Origin: Nocardioides sp.
GTDB lineage: Bacteria; Actinomycetota; Actinomycetes; Propionibacteriales; Nocardioidaceae
NCBI RefSeq assembly: GCF_035703625.1
Contig: NZ_DASSXS010000211.1
Coordinates: 1-52,123 of the forward strand
DNA length: 52,123 nt
Direction of reading: 5' to 3'
Below are positions 18,790-28,799 of this stretch, piece by piece; within the stretch, counting starts at the first letter, position 1, and the number at the start of each line of letters is the position of its first letter. The notes below the pieces were generated by a model. It was not told the DNA's origin. It searched no databases and saw only the letters and a program-made list of their open reading frames with translations. The position numbers and the translations under genes are program-made.

Positions 18790-20229
18790 CTCCGCCGCGT
18801 CCCGCACCTCGCGGTAGCGCTCGCGCACGGGCTCCCCACCGCCGAGTGCCGGAATCGTGGGCAGGTCGTCACGCCGCAGCGCGGACCAGGGAGGTGGAGT
18901 CCCGCATCCGGACAGCACCCACGCGGCCTGCATGGCAGCCCCGCTCGCGACGTACTCGCCAACTTGTGGCACCGCCACGTCGAGTCCGAAGACCATCGGC
19001 GCAATCTCCCGGACGGCCCTGGATCGAGCACCGCCGCCGACCAAGACCAGGCGGTGTACGACGACTCCCTGGCGCCGGAGCTCATCGACACTGTCGGCGA
19101 GCCCACACAGCATGCCCTCGACCGCGGCCCGCGCGATGTTGGCCGGGGTCGTGTTCCCCGACCGCAGGCCGTGGAGCGCTCCCGTGGCGTCAGGACGGTT
19201 GGGAGTGCGTTCGCCTTCGAGGTACGGAATCAGGACCAGCCCCTCCGCACCGGGACGCGCGGACAGCGCCAGGCTGGACAGCTCCTCGTGGTCCACAGAA
19301 AGGATCCGGCACGCCGCGTCGAGGACGCGGGAGGCGTTGAGTGTGGCGCACAGCGGCAGGAACCGGCCCGTCGCGTCGGCGAACCCGGTGACCATTCCGG
19401 AGGGGTCGCTCACCGGCCTCTCGGTGAGAGCCGACACGACTCCCGAGGTCCCGATCGAGAGGACCACGTCTCCGGGCCCCAGGCCCAGGGCGAGCGCCGC
19501 GGCAGCGTTGTCCCCCGCACCGGCACCGAGCAGGACCTCCGGGCCGAGGCCCGTCACCGCGCCCGGGGCTGCGTGACCGGCGGCGTCGGTCGGCCCCAGG
19601 ACCTGCGGCACCACGGCGCCATGACGCAGCGCGCGCTCGAGCATGTCGAAGTCGTAGCGACCGGTCAGCGGTGACCAGTAGCCGGTGCCGGAGGCGTCCG
19701 ACCTGTCCGTCGTGAGCGACGCCAGTCCGTCGGAGCCTGCAAGCCTCCAGGTGAGCCAGTCGTGCGGCAAGGCCACGGCCGCGACCCGCTCGGCGCAGTC
19801 TGGTTCGCTACGAGCCAGCCAACGCAGCTTCGACACGGTCAGCGAGGCGACCGGCACCGAGCCCATCTCCTCGGCCCACCAGCGAGCACCCGCCTGCTCG
19901 TCACCGTCGCCCATCTCCAGAACCAGCTCGCGCGCGTCGGGAGCTGACCTGGTGTCGTTCCAGAGCAAGGCGTCACGAACGGGACGGCCCTCGTCGTCGA
20001 GGGTCACCATCCCGTGCTGCTGGCCGGCAACCGACACCGCGGAGACGTCGTGCAGCCCGCCCGCGTCCTCGACCGCTGCCTGGAGGGCCTCCCACCAGCA
20101 GTCCGGGGCGACCTCGGTGCCGTCCGGGTGAGCGGCCCTGCCTGACCGGACGAGCGCTCCGGAGTCCGCGTCAAGCACCACGACCTTGCATGCCTGCGTG
20201 GATGAGTCCACGCCCGCCACGCGCGCCAT
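18784..20229 (-). CDS. xylB: Xylulokinase
   Basis: [55 protein letters not shown]. Confidence 0.96.
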   Translation of the reverse strand: MARVAGVDSSTQACKVVVLDADSGALVRSGRAAHPDGTEVAPDCWWEALQAAVEDAGGLHDVSAVSVAGQQHGMVTLDDEGRPVRDALLWNDTRSAPDARELVLEMGDGDEQAGARWWAEEMGSVPVASLTVSKLRWLARSEPDCAERVAAVALPHDWLTWRLAGSDGLASLTTDRSDASGTGYWSPLTGRYDFDMLERALRHGAVVPQVLGPTDAAGHAAPGAVTGLGPEVLLGAGAGDNAAAALALGLGPGDVVLSIGTSGVVSALTERPVSDPSGMVTGFADATGRFLPLCATLNASRVLDAACRILSVDHEELSSLALSARPGAEGLVLIPYLEGERTPNRPDATGALHGLRSGNTTPANIARAAVEGMLCGLADSVDELRRQGVVVHRLVLVGGGARSRAVREIAPMVFGLDVAVPQVGEYVASGAAMQAAWVLSGCGTPPPWSALRRDDLPTIPALGGGEPVRERYREVRDAAEG

Positions 20230-20233
20230 GGGC

Positions 20234-21418
20234 TCAGCGGGCTCCGAGCAGGTGCTCGGTCGCGAGCTGGTTCAGCCGTACGAATCCGTAGGACCGCTCG
20301 GCGGCAACCTCCACGTCGAAGTCGTCGAAGGACGGGTGGTCGGCGAGCAGGTCCGCCGTCGACTCTCCCTCTCCGAGGGTCGGCTGGGAGAGTTCGCCGA
20401 TGCCGGCTGCCTCCATCGCCTCGGCGACGTCGGGGTCGCTCCGGAAGGCCAGTGCTCGTTCCTTGAGGAGGAGGTACATCCGCATGTTGGCCTCGGCGGA
20501 CGCCCACACGTCGTCGTACCCCTCGGTCCGGGACGGCTTGTAGTCGAAGTGACGGGGGCCGTCGTAGCGGGGTCCGCCCGACGGGAAGCCGTTCTCCAGC
20601 AGGTCAACGGTGAAGAAAGCTGAGACCAGGTCGCCGTGCCCGAACACGAGGTCCTGGTCGTACTTGATGCTTCGCTGACCGTTGAGGTCGAGATGGAAGA
20701 GCTTACCCGCCCACAGGGCCTGCGCGATTCCGTGCGTGAAGTTGAGGCCGGCCATCTGCTCGTGGCCCGTCTCGGGGTTCACGCCGACCACGTCGCCGTG
20801 GTCGAGCTCGGCGATGAAGCCGAGGGCGTGGCCCACGGTGGGCAGGAAGATGTCGCCACGCGGCTCGTTCGGCTTGGGCTCCAGCGCGATCCGCAGCCCG
20901 TACCCCTGCTCCTTGACATAGCCCGCCACCGAGTCGATTCCCTCCCGGTAGCGGTCCAGGGCCGCACGTACGTCCTTCGACCCGTCGTACTCCGACCCTT
21001 CACGGCCGCCCCACATGACAAAGGTGGACGCGCCCAGCTCCGCAGCGAGATCGGTGTTGCGCAGCAGCTTGCGCAGGGCGTACCGCCGCACCTCCCGATC
21101 GTTGGACGTGAGGGCGCCGTCCTTGAAGACCGGGTGCGAGAAGGTGTCGGTGGTGATCATGGGCACCACGAGGCCGGTCGCTCGCAGCGCCGCGCCGAAC
21201 TCGGCGAGCAGGTGTTCACGAGTGGCCTTGTCCGACCCGAACGGAACCAGGTCGTCGTCATGGAAGGTGACGCCCCAGGCGCCGAGGTCAGCCAGCTTGT
21301 GGACCGCGTCGATCGGGTCCAACGGCTCTCGGGACGCCGAGCCGAACTGGTCCTGCGCGGTCCAGCCGACTGTCCACAGCCCGAACGAGAACTTGTCGTC
21401 CTGGGTTGGCCGACGCAT
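20234..21418 (-). CDS. xylA: Xylose isomerase (actinobacterial class)
   Basis: [51 protein letters not shown]. Confidence 0.98.
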   Translation of the reverse strand: MRRPTQDDKFSFGLWTVGWTAQDQFGSASREPLDPIDAVHKLADLGAWGVTFHDDDLVPFGSDKATREHLLAEFGAALRATGLVVPMITTDTFSHPVFKDGALTSNDREVRRYALRKLLRNTDLAAELGASTFVMWGGREGSEYDGSKDVRAALDRYREGIDSVAGYVKEQGYGLRIALEPKPNEPRGDIFLPTVGHALGFIAELDHGDVVGVNPETGHEQMAGLNFTHGIAQALWAGKLFHLDLNGQRSIKYDQDLVFGHGDLVSAFFTVDLLENGFPSGGPRYDGPRHFDYKPSRTEGYDDVWASAEANMRMYLLLKERALAFRSDPDVAEAMEAAGIGELSQPTLGEGESTADLLADHPSFDDFDVEVAAERSYGFVRLNQLATEHLLGAR

Positions 21419-21435
21419 CGCCCCTCCTGGATTGC

Positions 21436-21489
21436 GGACATTTGTTGTGTCAATGAACTTATGTGGTGGCCGCCGCGGCCGTCAAGACC
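21436..21489 (-). promoter_or_regulatory. xylA promoter with overlapping ROK/XylR-type operator
   Basis: Minus strand TTGACG-N18-TAAGTT; operator TAAGTT-N9-AACAAA (21441-21461); near-identical element at 28744-28798. Confidence 0.8.
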
Positions 21490-21535
21490 GAGCCCGGAGG
21501 GTGTCCGTGGGCGGACGAGACCTGGTTCAGGACCC

Positions 21536-23500
21536 TCACCAGACGCGGATGCGGGTGCTGCCGCCGGACAGCGTGGCGAGTGGGCCGGCCGGGTATGCGG
21601 TGCCCTGCTCCTTGCCGTGACCGAGCAGGTCGGTGTCGAGGGCCACCGGAGATCCGTCGGGTTCCTCGAAATCGCCGTCGGCGAGGCGCACCCGTGGCAG
21701 GTCGCGACCGGCGACGGGGCCGGTCAGCGGAGCGGCGAGGGCGTCGGGCAGCTCGACCTCCAGGTGCACATGCCCACCCTCCTCGACGACCGAGAGCGAG
21801 ACCGTCTCGTGCGTGACGACCGCGTCGCACTCCCCCTCGTACGGCGCCGCACCGTTCGCGTACGCATTGTGGTGGATGTAGGCGGGCTGCTTGACGCCAT
21901 GGAACCGCTTGTGGTCTCCCGAGGTCGCGTTGACCTCCTCGAGGTAGGCGGCAAACGTGGCGGGATAGCCGTCGTAGCCCTGGGTGCCGTAGGTCGCGCG
22001 CTCGTGTGCCTCGCTGCCGGGTCGATACGCGAGGGCTGCGTCACCCCCGAGGAACATGTTGCCGATGTAGCGGTCGTCTCCCCCGCAGATCACCGCGTAT
22101 CCGCTGACCTGGGTGCTGTGCGGGCGGTGATAGGGGGTCGCCCGGTCAATCACGGGATCCAGTCGCACGGCTCCAGCCACGAGGTTGTTGACGTAGGCCC
22201 CTCCCTGGCTCCAGACCTCCAGCGCGACGCGGGACGCGAGCACGTTGTGGTCGACCATGTACGGGCCGTGGCTGACCTCGACGAACAGGTCCCTCGTGTT
22301 GGCGTAGAACAGGTTGCGTGCGACTCGGGTTCCCTGGGTCTGCCAGTCGAGCCAGGCTCCGAGCGTGCAGTGGTCGATCCGGTTGTGGCGGATCTGTACG
22401 TCGATGGCTGCATGGAGCTTGATCCCGGCGATCTCGTACCCGTAGAACTCGCGCTTGGTCGCGATGTGGTGGATGTGGTTGTCCTCAATGATCGAGAACA
22501 CCGCCCCCAGATGCCCGACGATGCCGTTCTGGCCGCAGTCGAAGATCGTGTTGCGACGTACTGTGTGCGAGCCGATGTGTTCGCGGTCCCACCCGGCCTG
22601 CCGGGCAGAGAACACGGACTCGAGCTGGTACTGGTAGCCGGGCTTGTCGCCGCGGAGCGTCGCGTAGTTGTGCCCGGTCGACGCCTCCTTGCCCAGCGAG
22701 ATCGCTGAACACTTCGAGTCGTGGATGAGGTTGTCCTCGATGATCCAGCCCTTGGCCCAGTTGGGCCCGATCAGACCCGGCTGGTCCGCGGTCGGCGGCG
22801 CCCAGGGCGTGGCGGCCTGGGCCATCTCGAAGCCGCGCACCGTGATGTAGTCGAGATGGTGCTGCATGGGGTAGAAGACCGAGCGGCGCACGTTGATCTC
22901 GACGAGCTCGACGGTGGGGTCGGCGCCCTGGAAGTTGGCCCAGATGGTTGTCGACTCCTCCCCGACCTCGGCGGACCAGACGTAGCGGGTCTGCTCGACG
23001 TCGAGGACCGGCTCGGCAAGCCCCGTCCAACCGTCGACGGCCTCGCTGCGGGCCGGCGCCGTGGAGACCGCCGCGGGGTCATCCACCTCATAGAAGCTGC
23101 GCCCGTTGAGATAGACATCGCCGAGATGCTTGCGCCGACCGTGTGGGGGGTGCACCAGCCAGTCTCCGCCGACTTCCTCGGCGAAGGGGTTGAAGCGGCC
23201 GAACAGGGCATTGGGAACCTCCGCCCGCCAGACGGTGCCGTCCTCCCGGGCCCACTCCGCGATGCGCTCCGACCCCTTGATGACCACCCGCTCCCCCGCG
23301 GCCGCCTCATAGGTGATGCGGCGTCGATCGCTGCGCCCGCCACGGGCGGGCGTCACCCACTCGCGATACTCGCCCTCGTGGACCCGCACGGTGTCGCCGG
23401 GCTGGGCGAGGGCGGCGGCCGCATTGATGGTCCGAAGAGGCGCGCTCGCGGAGCCTGCGGCGCTGTCGGATCCGGTCGTGGCAACGTGGAACACGGTCAT
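21536..23500 (-). CDS. GH120 beta-xylosidase (right-handed beta-helix)
   Basis: FHVA..GSD...G....P..TIN.AA..A.PGDTV.VHEG.YREWV.P, WAPPTADQPGLIGPNW, IAGIKLHAAID, WLDWQ, FVEVSHGP, as recalled for GH120 XylC; no signal peptide. Confidence 0.85.
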   Translation of the reverse strand: MTVFHVATTGSDSAAGSASAPLRTINAAAALAQPGDTVRVHEGEYREWVTPARGGRSDRRRITYEAAAGERVVIKGSERIAEWAREDGTVWRAEVPNALFGRFNPFAEEVGGDWLVHPPHGRRKHLGDVYLNGRSFYEVDDPAAVSTAPARSEAVDGWTGLAEPVLDVEQTRYVWSAEVGEESTTIWANFQGADPTVELVEINVRRSVFYPMQHHLDYITVRGFEMAQAATPWAPPTADQPGLIGPNWAKGWIIEDNLIHDSKCSAISLGKEASTGHNYATLRGDKPGYQYQLESVFSARQAGWDREHIGSHTVRRNTIFDCGQNGIVGHLGAVFSIIEDNHIHHIATKREFYGYEIAGIKLHAAIDVQIRHNRIDHCTLGAWLDWQTQGTRVARNLFYANTRDLFVEVSHGPYMVDHNVLASRVALEVWSQGGAYVNNLVAGAVRLDPVIDRATPYHRPHSTQVSGYAVICGGDDRYIGNMFLGGDAALAYRPGSEAHERATYGTQGYDGYPATFAAYLEEVNATSGDHKRFHGVKQPAYIHHNAYANGAAPYEGECDAVVTHETVSLSVVEEGGHVHLEVELPDALAAPLTGPVAGRDLPRVRLADGDFEEPDGSPVALDTDLLGHGKEQGTAYPAGPLATLSGGSTRIRVW

Positions 23501-23680
23501 CGCGCTGGTGCCTTTCCTTCTACGGGTGGTCGATCGGTACTGCTACGACAGCAACGTCGAGCAGTGGCCGGAGGATGGTGAGGGATAACCCGGGGAGCAG
23601 GGGAGCCCGGGCCTCGGCCCGGTGGGCGACCACAGGGTGACCGTGTCACGAAGGCCTGCCCGCAGCGGCCGCGCGCGGTG

Positions 23681-25192
23681 TCAGGACACCTTCATCACGA
23701 TCATGCTCCACGATGCGGGCGGAAGCGCAGCCTGCAACGCGGTTCCGACGACCTGCGCGGAGCTGTGTGGCTTCGGCGACACCCGGTCGGGTGCGTCCAT
23801 CGTGTTCACCGCGAAGAGGTCCTCGTCCCACAGCATCCTGGCCTCCACGAGCTCCACCCTGCCGAAGGCGCGCAGCTCGCTGGAGAAGGACACCGGCTCC
23901 GAGGGGTGCCGGTTGACGACGAACACCACCAGGCGTTCCTCGGCGGCGTCGTACGTGGCCACGGAGTCCAGGACGCACACCTCGCCGTGCTGGCTGGTCA
24001 CCAGGGTGGGGGCGGCGACCCGGGGCTGGAGCACCTGCCCTTGCGCGTGCCTCGCGGTCAAGGCGAACGGATGGAAGATCGACTGCCGCCACGCCGGTCC
24101 ATTCTCCTCGGCCCGGATCGAGCCGATCGTGTTGACCAGCTGGGCCTGGCATGCGGCCGTCACTCGGTCGCTGTTCCTGAGCAGCGTGATGAGCAGAGAG
24201 CCGACCACCACGGCGTCGAGGACGGTGTAGGGGTCCTCGCTCAGCCGAGGCGCCACCGTCGACCACTCCTCCGGCATGCCCTTCTGCTGGAGCTCCCGCA
24301 GGTACCAGACGTTCCACTCGTCGAAGGAGATGTTGATCTTCTTCGAAGAGGAGAGCTTTGCGCCCACGTGGTCCGCGGTGGCGATGACCTCGCGGATGAA
24401 CAGGTCCATGTTGACGGACGAGGCGAGGAAGCTGGCGACGTCGTCACCCTCGAGCTGGTAGTAGGCGTGGGCCGAGACGAAGTCCACGACGTCGTAGGTG
24501 TGCTCCAGGACGGTGGCCTCCCACGCACCGAACGTCGGCATGGCGCGGCCCGAGCTGCCGCAGGCGACGAGCTCCAGGCCGCCGTCGAGCTGACGCATGC
24601 CACGCGCCGTCTCCGCCGCCAGCCGCCCGTACTCGTCCGCCGACTTGTGGCCCAGCTGCCAGGGCCCGTCCAGCTCGTTGCCCAGGCACCACATGCGGAT
24701 GTTGTGCGGCTCCTTGGCTCCGTGCTCGATGCGACGGTCCGAGAGGTCCGTCCCGTGCGGATGGTTGGCGTACTCCAGGAGCTCGAGGGCCGCGGTCAAT
24801 CCTCGGGTACCGAGGTTGACCGCCATGATGGGCTCGATATCGGCCTTGCCCGCCCACAACATGAACTCGTTGAGGCCGAACGCGTTGGTCTCGATGGTCT
24901 TCCAGGCGGGGTCGAGTCGGCTCGGACGTCGCTCGACCGGGCCGACACCGTCCTCCCACTTGTAGCCGGACACGAAGTTGCCGCCCGGGTAGCGGACTGC
25001 GGTGACGCCGAGCTCACGCACGAGCTCGAGGACGTCGCCGCGGAGGCCGTCGTCGTCCGACGTGGGGTGGCCGGGCTCGTAGATGCCGCCGTAGACGCAC
25101 CGGCCCATGTGCTCCACGAACGAGCCGAAGGTGCGGCGGTTGACCGGCGCCACCGTGAACGCCGGATCGATCGACAGCTTGCCGTCCTGCAT
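23681..25192 (-). CDS. abfA: GH51 alpha-L-arabinofuranosidase
   Basis: GSFVEHMGR, RYPGGNFVS, WCLGNELDGPWQ (acid/base), ISFDEWNVW (nucleophile), AQLVN. Confidence 0.96.
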   Translation of the reverse strand: MQDGKLSIDPAFTVAPVNRRTFGSFVEHMGRCVYGGIYEPGHPTSDDDGLRGDVLELVRELGVTAVRYPGGNFVSGYKWEDGVGPVERRPSRLDPAWKTIETNAFGLNEFMLWAGKADIEPIMAVNLGTRGLTAALELLEYANHPHGTDLSDRRIEHGAKEPHNIRMWCLGNELDGPWQLGHKSADEYGRLAAETARGMRQLDGGLELVACGSSGRAMPTFGAWEATVLEHTYDVVDFVSAHAYYQLEGDDVASFLASSVNMDLFIREVIATADHVGAKLSSSKKINISFDEWNVWYLRELQQKGMPEEWSTVAPRLSEDPYTVLDAVVVGSLLITLLRNSDRVTAACQAQLVNTIGSIRAEENGPAWRQSIFHPFALTARHAQGQVLQPRVAAPTLVTSQHGEVCVLDSVATYDAAEERLVVFVVNRHPSEPVSFSSELRAFGRVELVEARMLWDEDLFAVNTMDAPDRVSPKPHSSAQVVGTALQAALPPASWSMIVMKVS

Positions 25193-25269
25193 TGCTTCTC
25201 CTGTGCTCGGGTGATCACTGGTGGACCGGCGAGTGACTTCCTCGACCCCACCCCGCCGGGCTCGCGGCG

Positions 25270-25303
25270 TCCCGGGCGTCAGCGGTCCAGCCGGCGCCCG
25301 GGA
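25270..25303 (-). terminator. GC-rich stem-loop downstream of the binding-protein gene (mRNA stabiliser or partial terminator)
   Basis: TCCCGGGCG/CGCCCGGGA perfect 9-bp stem between araN and abfA. Confidence 0.4.
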
Positions 25304-25314
25304 TCGACCTCGAC

Positions 25315-26649
25315 CTACTCGCTGAGCTGGTTCTCGAGGTCGGTCTGCGCCTGGTCGAGTGCCTCGTCAGCCGGGACACCTTCCTCGAAGATCTGGCTGT
25401 AGGTGACCGTCGTGAACATGTCGTCGACCGCGGGAAGGTTCTCGCTGGTGAAGGAATCGAAGTGGCCGATGTCCCCCCTGTACTGATTGAGCACGTCGAA
25501 GAGATTCGTCTGGAAGTACTGGTTGAACTTGTTGTTCGGGTCATGGGTGACCTTCTTGTTCGTCCACACCGACGTGTTCACCGGGTCGAATCCGAGCACC
25601 TCCCAGACGGCCACGTTCGCCTCCGGCGACAGCTTCGCGAACGCGAGCCACTCCGTGGCGATCTCCTTGTCAGGAGAACTCTCAGGCACTGCGGTCCCGG
25701 TGCCGCCGCCGCCGATGGTCGCAACCTCGGCGTCCTCGAACACAGGCGCGGGTGCGATCGCAATGTCACCCTTCAGGTCCGGCATGTAGTCGACGAAGCG
25801 TGAGGTGTACCAGGCGGGGTAGACGATCGCCGCGTAGTCCCCGTCATTGATGGCGCCGTAGGCCTCCTCGGCATCGGGGCTACCTCCGGGAATCGTGGAG
25901 ATCGCTCCCGCCTCCTGCATCTCCTGCTCGAACTCGAGGGTCTCCACGACCTCGGGGCTGTCCACCGCGACGGTGCCGTCCTCGGCGAACAGGTTGCCGC
26001 CCTTCTGCGCGATCATGAGGGGCTCGACCATGTTGACTCCGGTGCTGGCGACCCCGAACTCGCGGCCGGTCTCCTTGTTGTAGGTGGTGCCTGCCTCCTG
26101 GAAGTCCTCCCACGTCTTGATGGTCTTGTAGTCGATCCCGGCCTTCTCCAGCAGCGCGGTGTTGTAGAAGGCGACGAAGGCGCCCACGTGGGTCGGGAAC
26201 CCGCGGAGTACGCCATCTCGGGTGTAGAGGTCGAGACGGGCCTGGACGACGTCGTCCTCGTACGGCTCTGCTGCCTCGGTCAGGTCGGACAGCGGCGACT
26301 CGCCGCCCTTGACATAGTTCGAGAACTGGTTGACCTCGATGTCGACGAGGTCCGGCAGCCCGGACCCGGAGTTCACGGCGAGCTGCAGCTTGTTGTGCAT
26401 GTCCTCGTAGGGATACACCGTGACCTCGAGATCGATGGGCCGGTCCGGGTTTTCTTCGTTCCACCGCTCGGCCATCTGCTCGTAGTAGGTGGCGTGCAGC
26501 TCGGCGAACACCCACATCTCGAGGTTGTACCGACCCTCCGCGTCCGGCCCGCCCTCGTCACTGGAGCCGTCGCCACCGCAGGCCGCCAGCAGGAGGGCTG
26601 CCGCGAGTCCCGTGGCGAGGAGCGAGGTGAATCTGCGGGATCTAGCCAT
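25315..26649 (-). CDS. araN: Arabino-oligosaccharide ABC transporter substrate-binding lipoprotein
   Basis: Lipobox LAAC; LH..YY..M...WN...PDR.I.L...VYPY..MH, PDLVDIE and GGTGT resemble Bacillus AraN. Confidence 0.85.
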   Translation of the reverse strand: MARSRRFTSLLATGLAAALLLAACGGDGSSDEGGPDAEGRYNLEMWVFAELHATYYEQMAERWNEENPDRPIDLEVTVYPYEDMHNKLQLAVNSGSGLPDLVDIEVNQFSNYVKGGESPLSDLTEAAEPYEDDVVQARLDLYTRDGVLRGFPTHVGAFVAFYNTALLEKAGIDYKTIKTWEDFQEAGTTYNKETGREFGVASTGVNMVEPLMIAQKGGNLFAEDGTVAVDSPEVVETLEFEQEMQEAGAISTIPGGSPDAEEAYGAINDGDYAAIVYPAWYTSRFVDYMPDLKGDIAIAPAPVFEDAEVATIGGGGTGTAVPESSPDKEIATEWLAFAKLSPEANVAVWEVLGFDPVNTSVWTNKKVTHDPNNKFNQYFQTNLFDVLNQYRGDIGHFDSFTSENLPAVDDMFTTVTYSQIFEEGVPADEALDQAQTDLENQLSE

Positions 26650-26679
26650 GATGTGTCTCCATCTCTGTGGTGGTGTCGG

Positions 26680-27546
26680 TCAGCCCTTGAGCGCCCCGGC
26701 CGTCATCCCGGCGACGAAGAACCGCTGGAACAGCAGGAAGAGCACCAGGACGGGGAGGAGCGAGAAGAAGGAACCGATGATGAGCAGCTCGTAGTTGTTC
26801 GCATGTGGGGTGAGCAGCGTGTTGAGCCCGATCGGCAGCGTGAACTTCTCCCTCGACCGCAGCACCAGCAGCGGCCACAGGAAGTTGTTCCAGATCACCA
26901 TGCCGTTGAGGATGGCCATCGCCGCGAAGGCCGGCTTCGCGATAGGGACGACCACTCTGAAGAAGATGCCGAACTCCGTGACGCCGTCGACCCGGCCGGC
27001 CTCGAGCAGGTCCTTGGGGATGCCCAGGAAGTACTGCCGGAAGTAGAAGATCGTGACCGAGGCGGCGAGGAACGGGAACACGATCACGGAGTACGAGTCG
27101 GCGAGGCCGACGTCGTTCACCATCACGAACAGCGGGAGCATCATGATCTCGAAAGGCACGGTCATGAGCAGCAGCACGGAGATGAACAGGATGTTCTTGC
27201 CCCGGAAGTCGTACACCGCGAAGCCGTAGGCGACGAACGAGCTCACCAGGAGGGTGCCGGCCACCTGCGCCGCTGTGAGCAGGATCGAGTTCGCGAACCA
27301 CCTGAAGTAGGGGCCGGAGTCGGTGAAGAGCATCACGTAGTTGTCCAGGGACAGGGTGGCGGGGTCGATGTCCAGGGAGAGACCCTTGCGAATGATCTCG
27401 TTGCCGTCCTGGAATGTGCCGACGAAGATCGCCAGGAGCGGCACGAGCACGATCAGGGTCAGGACGACCAGGAACCCGGTCTGGATGGCAGAGTGCAGGC
27501 CCCTCGGGAGTGGGTACTTGCCGCGCCCGCCTCGCTCGGCACCCAT
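26680..27546 (-). CDS. araQ: Carbohydrate ABC transporter permease
   Basis: EAA loop IPKDLLEAGRVDG, WNNFLWPL; ATGA overlap with the upstream permease; GGAGG RBS. Confidence 0.9.
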   Translation of the reverse strand: MGAERGGRGKYPLPRGLHSAIQTGFLVVLTLIVLVPLLAIFVGTFQDGNEIIRKGLSLDIDPATLSLDNYVMLFTDSGPYFRWFANSILLTAAQVAGTLLVSSFVAYGFAVYDFRGKNILFISVLLLMTVPFEIMMLPLFVMVNDVGLADSYSVIVFPFLAASVTIFYFRQYFLGIPKDLLEAGRVDGVTEFGIFFRVVVPIAKPAFAAMAILNGMVIWNNFLWPLLVLRSREKFTLPIGLNTLLTPHANNYELLIIGSFFSLLPVLVLFLLFQRFFVAGMTAGALKG

Positions 27547-28568
27547 CACGAAGCCTCCTTCTTGAAGGTCCCGGTGAGGGTGAGGAAGGTGAGGTTGATG
27601 GCCATGATCAGGACGAGGAGGACGACGCCGACGGCGGAGGCGAATCCCAGGTCGTTCTCCTCGATCCCTCGTCGGTAGAGGTAGCCCACGACGGTGAGCC
27701 CCTGGTTGTTGGGCGAGTTGTTGCCGGCGTAGAGCATGAAGCTCTCGAGGAACATCGCCAGGCCGCCGTAGATGCTGATCGTCGTCACGTAGATCATGAT
27801 CGGCTTGAGGTTCGGGATGGTGATGTGGAAGAACTGCTGCACCCGGCTCGCCCCGTCGATGGACGCAGCCTCGTAGTACTCCTCGGGGATCGACTGCATT
27901 CCCGCGAGGAAGTAGAGGATGTTGACCCCCGCGTATCGCCACAGGGCCAGCATCAGGAGTGCGGTCAGCCCTCCGAGGTCCTCGCGCAACCACCTGACCG
28001 GTCCCGCGCCGAAGAACCCGATGACCTGGTTCATCAGGCCGGAGTCGGTCTCGGCGAACATCAAGCGGAAGATGATGCCGGCGACCACGACCGAGGTGAG
28101 CGCGGGTATGAACATCGATGCCTTGAAGACCGCTTTGACGCGCGAACTGCCGATCTTGGAGTTGATCAGCGCGGCCAGCACCAGGGGGATCGGGATCAGG
28201 AGCGCGATGGTGAGCACCATGTAGCGGGCGCTGTTGTAGAGCGCCTGCCAGAAGATCCGGTCGTTCCAGAGCCGCTCGTAGTTCTCGGCGCCGACGAAGG
28301 TTGCCTGCCCGAACAGCACTTCCTGCGTACTCATCATGAACGTTCGTGCGAGCGGCACCATCCAGAAGGCCAACAGGGTGATCACGAACGGTGCGATGAA
28401 CAGGTACGGCGCCAGGCGCTGGGAGTACAGCAGGTTCTTCATCCGGCGCGGGCGACGGCCGGATTTCCCGCGGGTCAGGTCGGCAGAGCTCGACGCTTGC
28501 CTCTCCGCCGAGTCCGAACCGGGCCGCGACTCCACGGTCGCCGCAGGGGACCTGTCCGTGCTCGTCAC
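27546..28568 (-). CDS. araP: Carbohydrate ABC transporter permease
   Basis: LYSQRLAPYLFIAPFV, EAA loop YYEAASIDGAS; start GTG 28568 or ATG 28442. Confidence 0.9.
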   Translation of the reverse strand: MTSTDRSPAATVESRPGSDSAERQASSSADLTRGKSGRRPRRMKNLLYSQRLAPYLFIAPFVITLLAFWMVPLARTFMMSTQEVLFGQATFVGAENYERLWNDRIFWQALYNSARYMVLTIALLIPIPLVLAALINSKIGSSRVKAVFKASMFIPALTSVVVAGIIFRLMFAETDSGLMNQVIGFFGAGPVRWLREDLGGLTALLMLALWRYAGVNILYFLAGMQSIPEEYYEAASIDGASRVQQFFHITIPNLKPIMIYVTTISIYGGLAMFLESFMLYAGNNSPNNQGLTVVGYLYRRGIEENDLGFASAVGVVLLVLIMAINLTFLTLTGTFKKEAS

Positions 28569-28726
28569 GTGACCAGCACCCGCCCCCCGGCGGCCCGGCC
28601 GGCGGGGTCGTGGGCCGCAGCGGCCGATCCTTGTGCACACGAACCCGAACCACGCTGGCCCTGGCTGGTCCAGCACACGGTCCTCGTCCCACACGAGCAC
28701 CTGTCGTCACGGGTCGGCCGACGCAT
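28565..28726 (-). pseudogene. Degenerate copy of the xylA 5' end forming an open 53-codon leader ORF
   Basis: MRRPTRDDRCSCGTRTVCWTSQGQRGSGS versus Xyl[30 protein letters not shown] (18/29 identical); same RBS/start GGAGGGGCGATG; TGA overlaps the GTG at 28568. Confidence 0.9.
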
Positions 28727-28743
28727 CGCCCCTCCGTATTGGC

Positions 28744-28798
28744 GGACAAATTAGTTGTGCGAATGAACTTATGCGGTGCCTGCGGTAGCGTCAAGACC
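28744..28798 (-). promoter_or_regulatory. Second copy of the xylA-type promoter and ROK/XylR operator
   Basis: Minus strand TTGACG-N17-TAAGTT; near-palindromic TTAGTT-N9-AACTTA (28751-28771); lies between the stub and the divergent ROK gene. Confidence 0.82.
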
Positions 28799-28799
28799 C

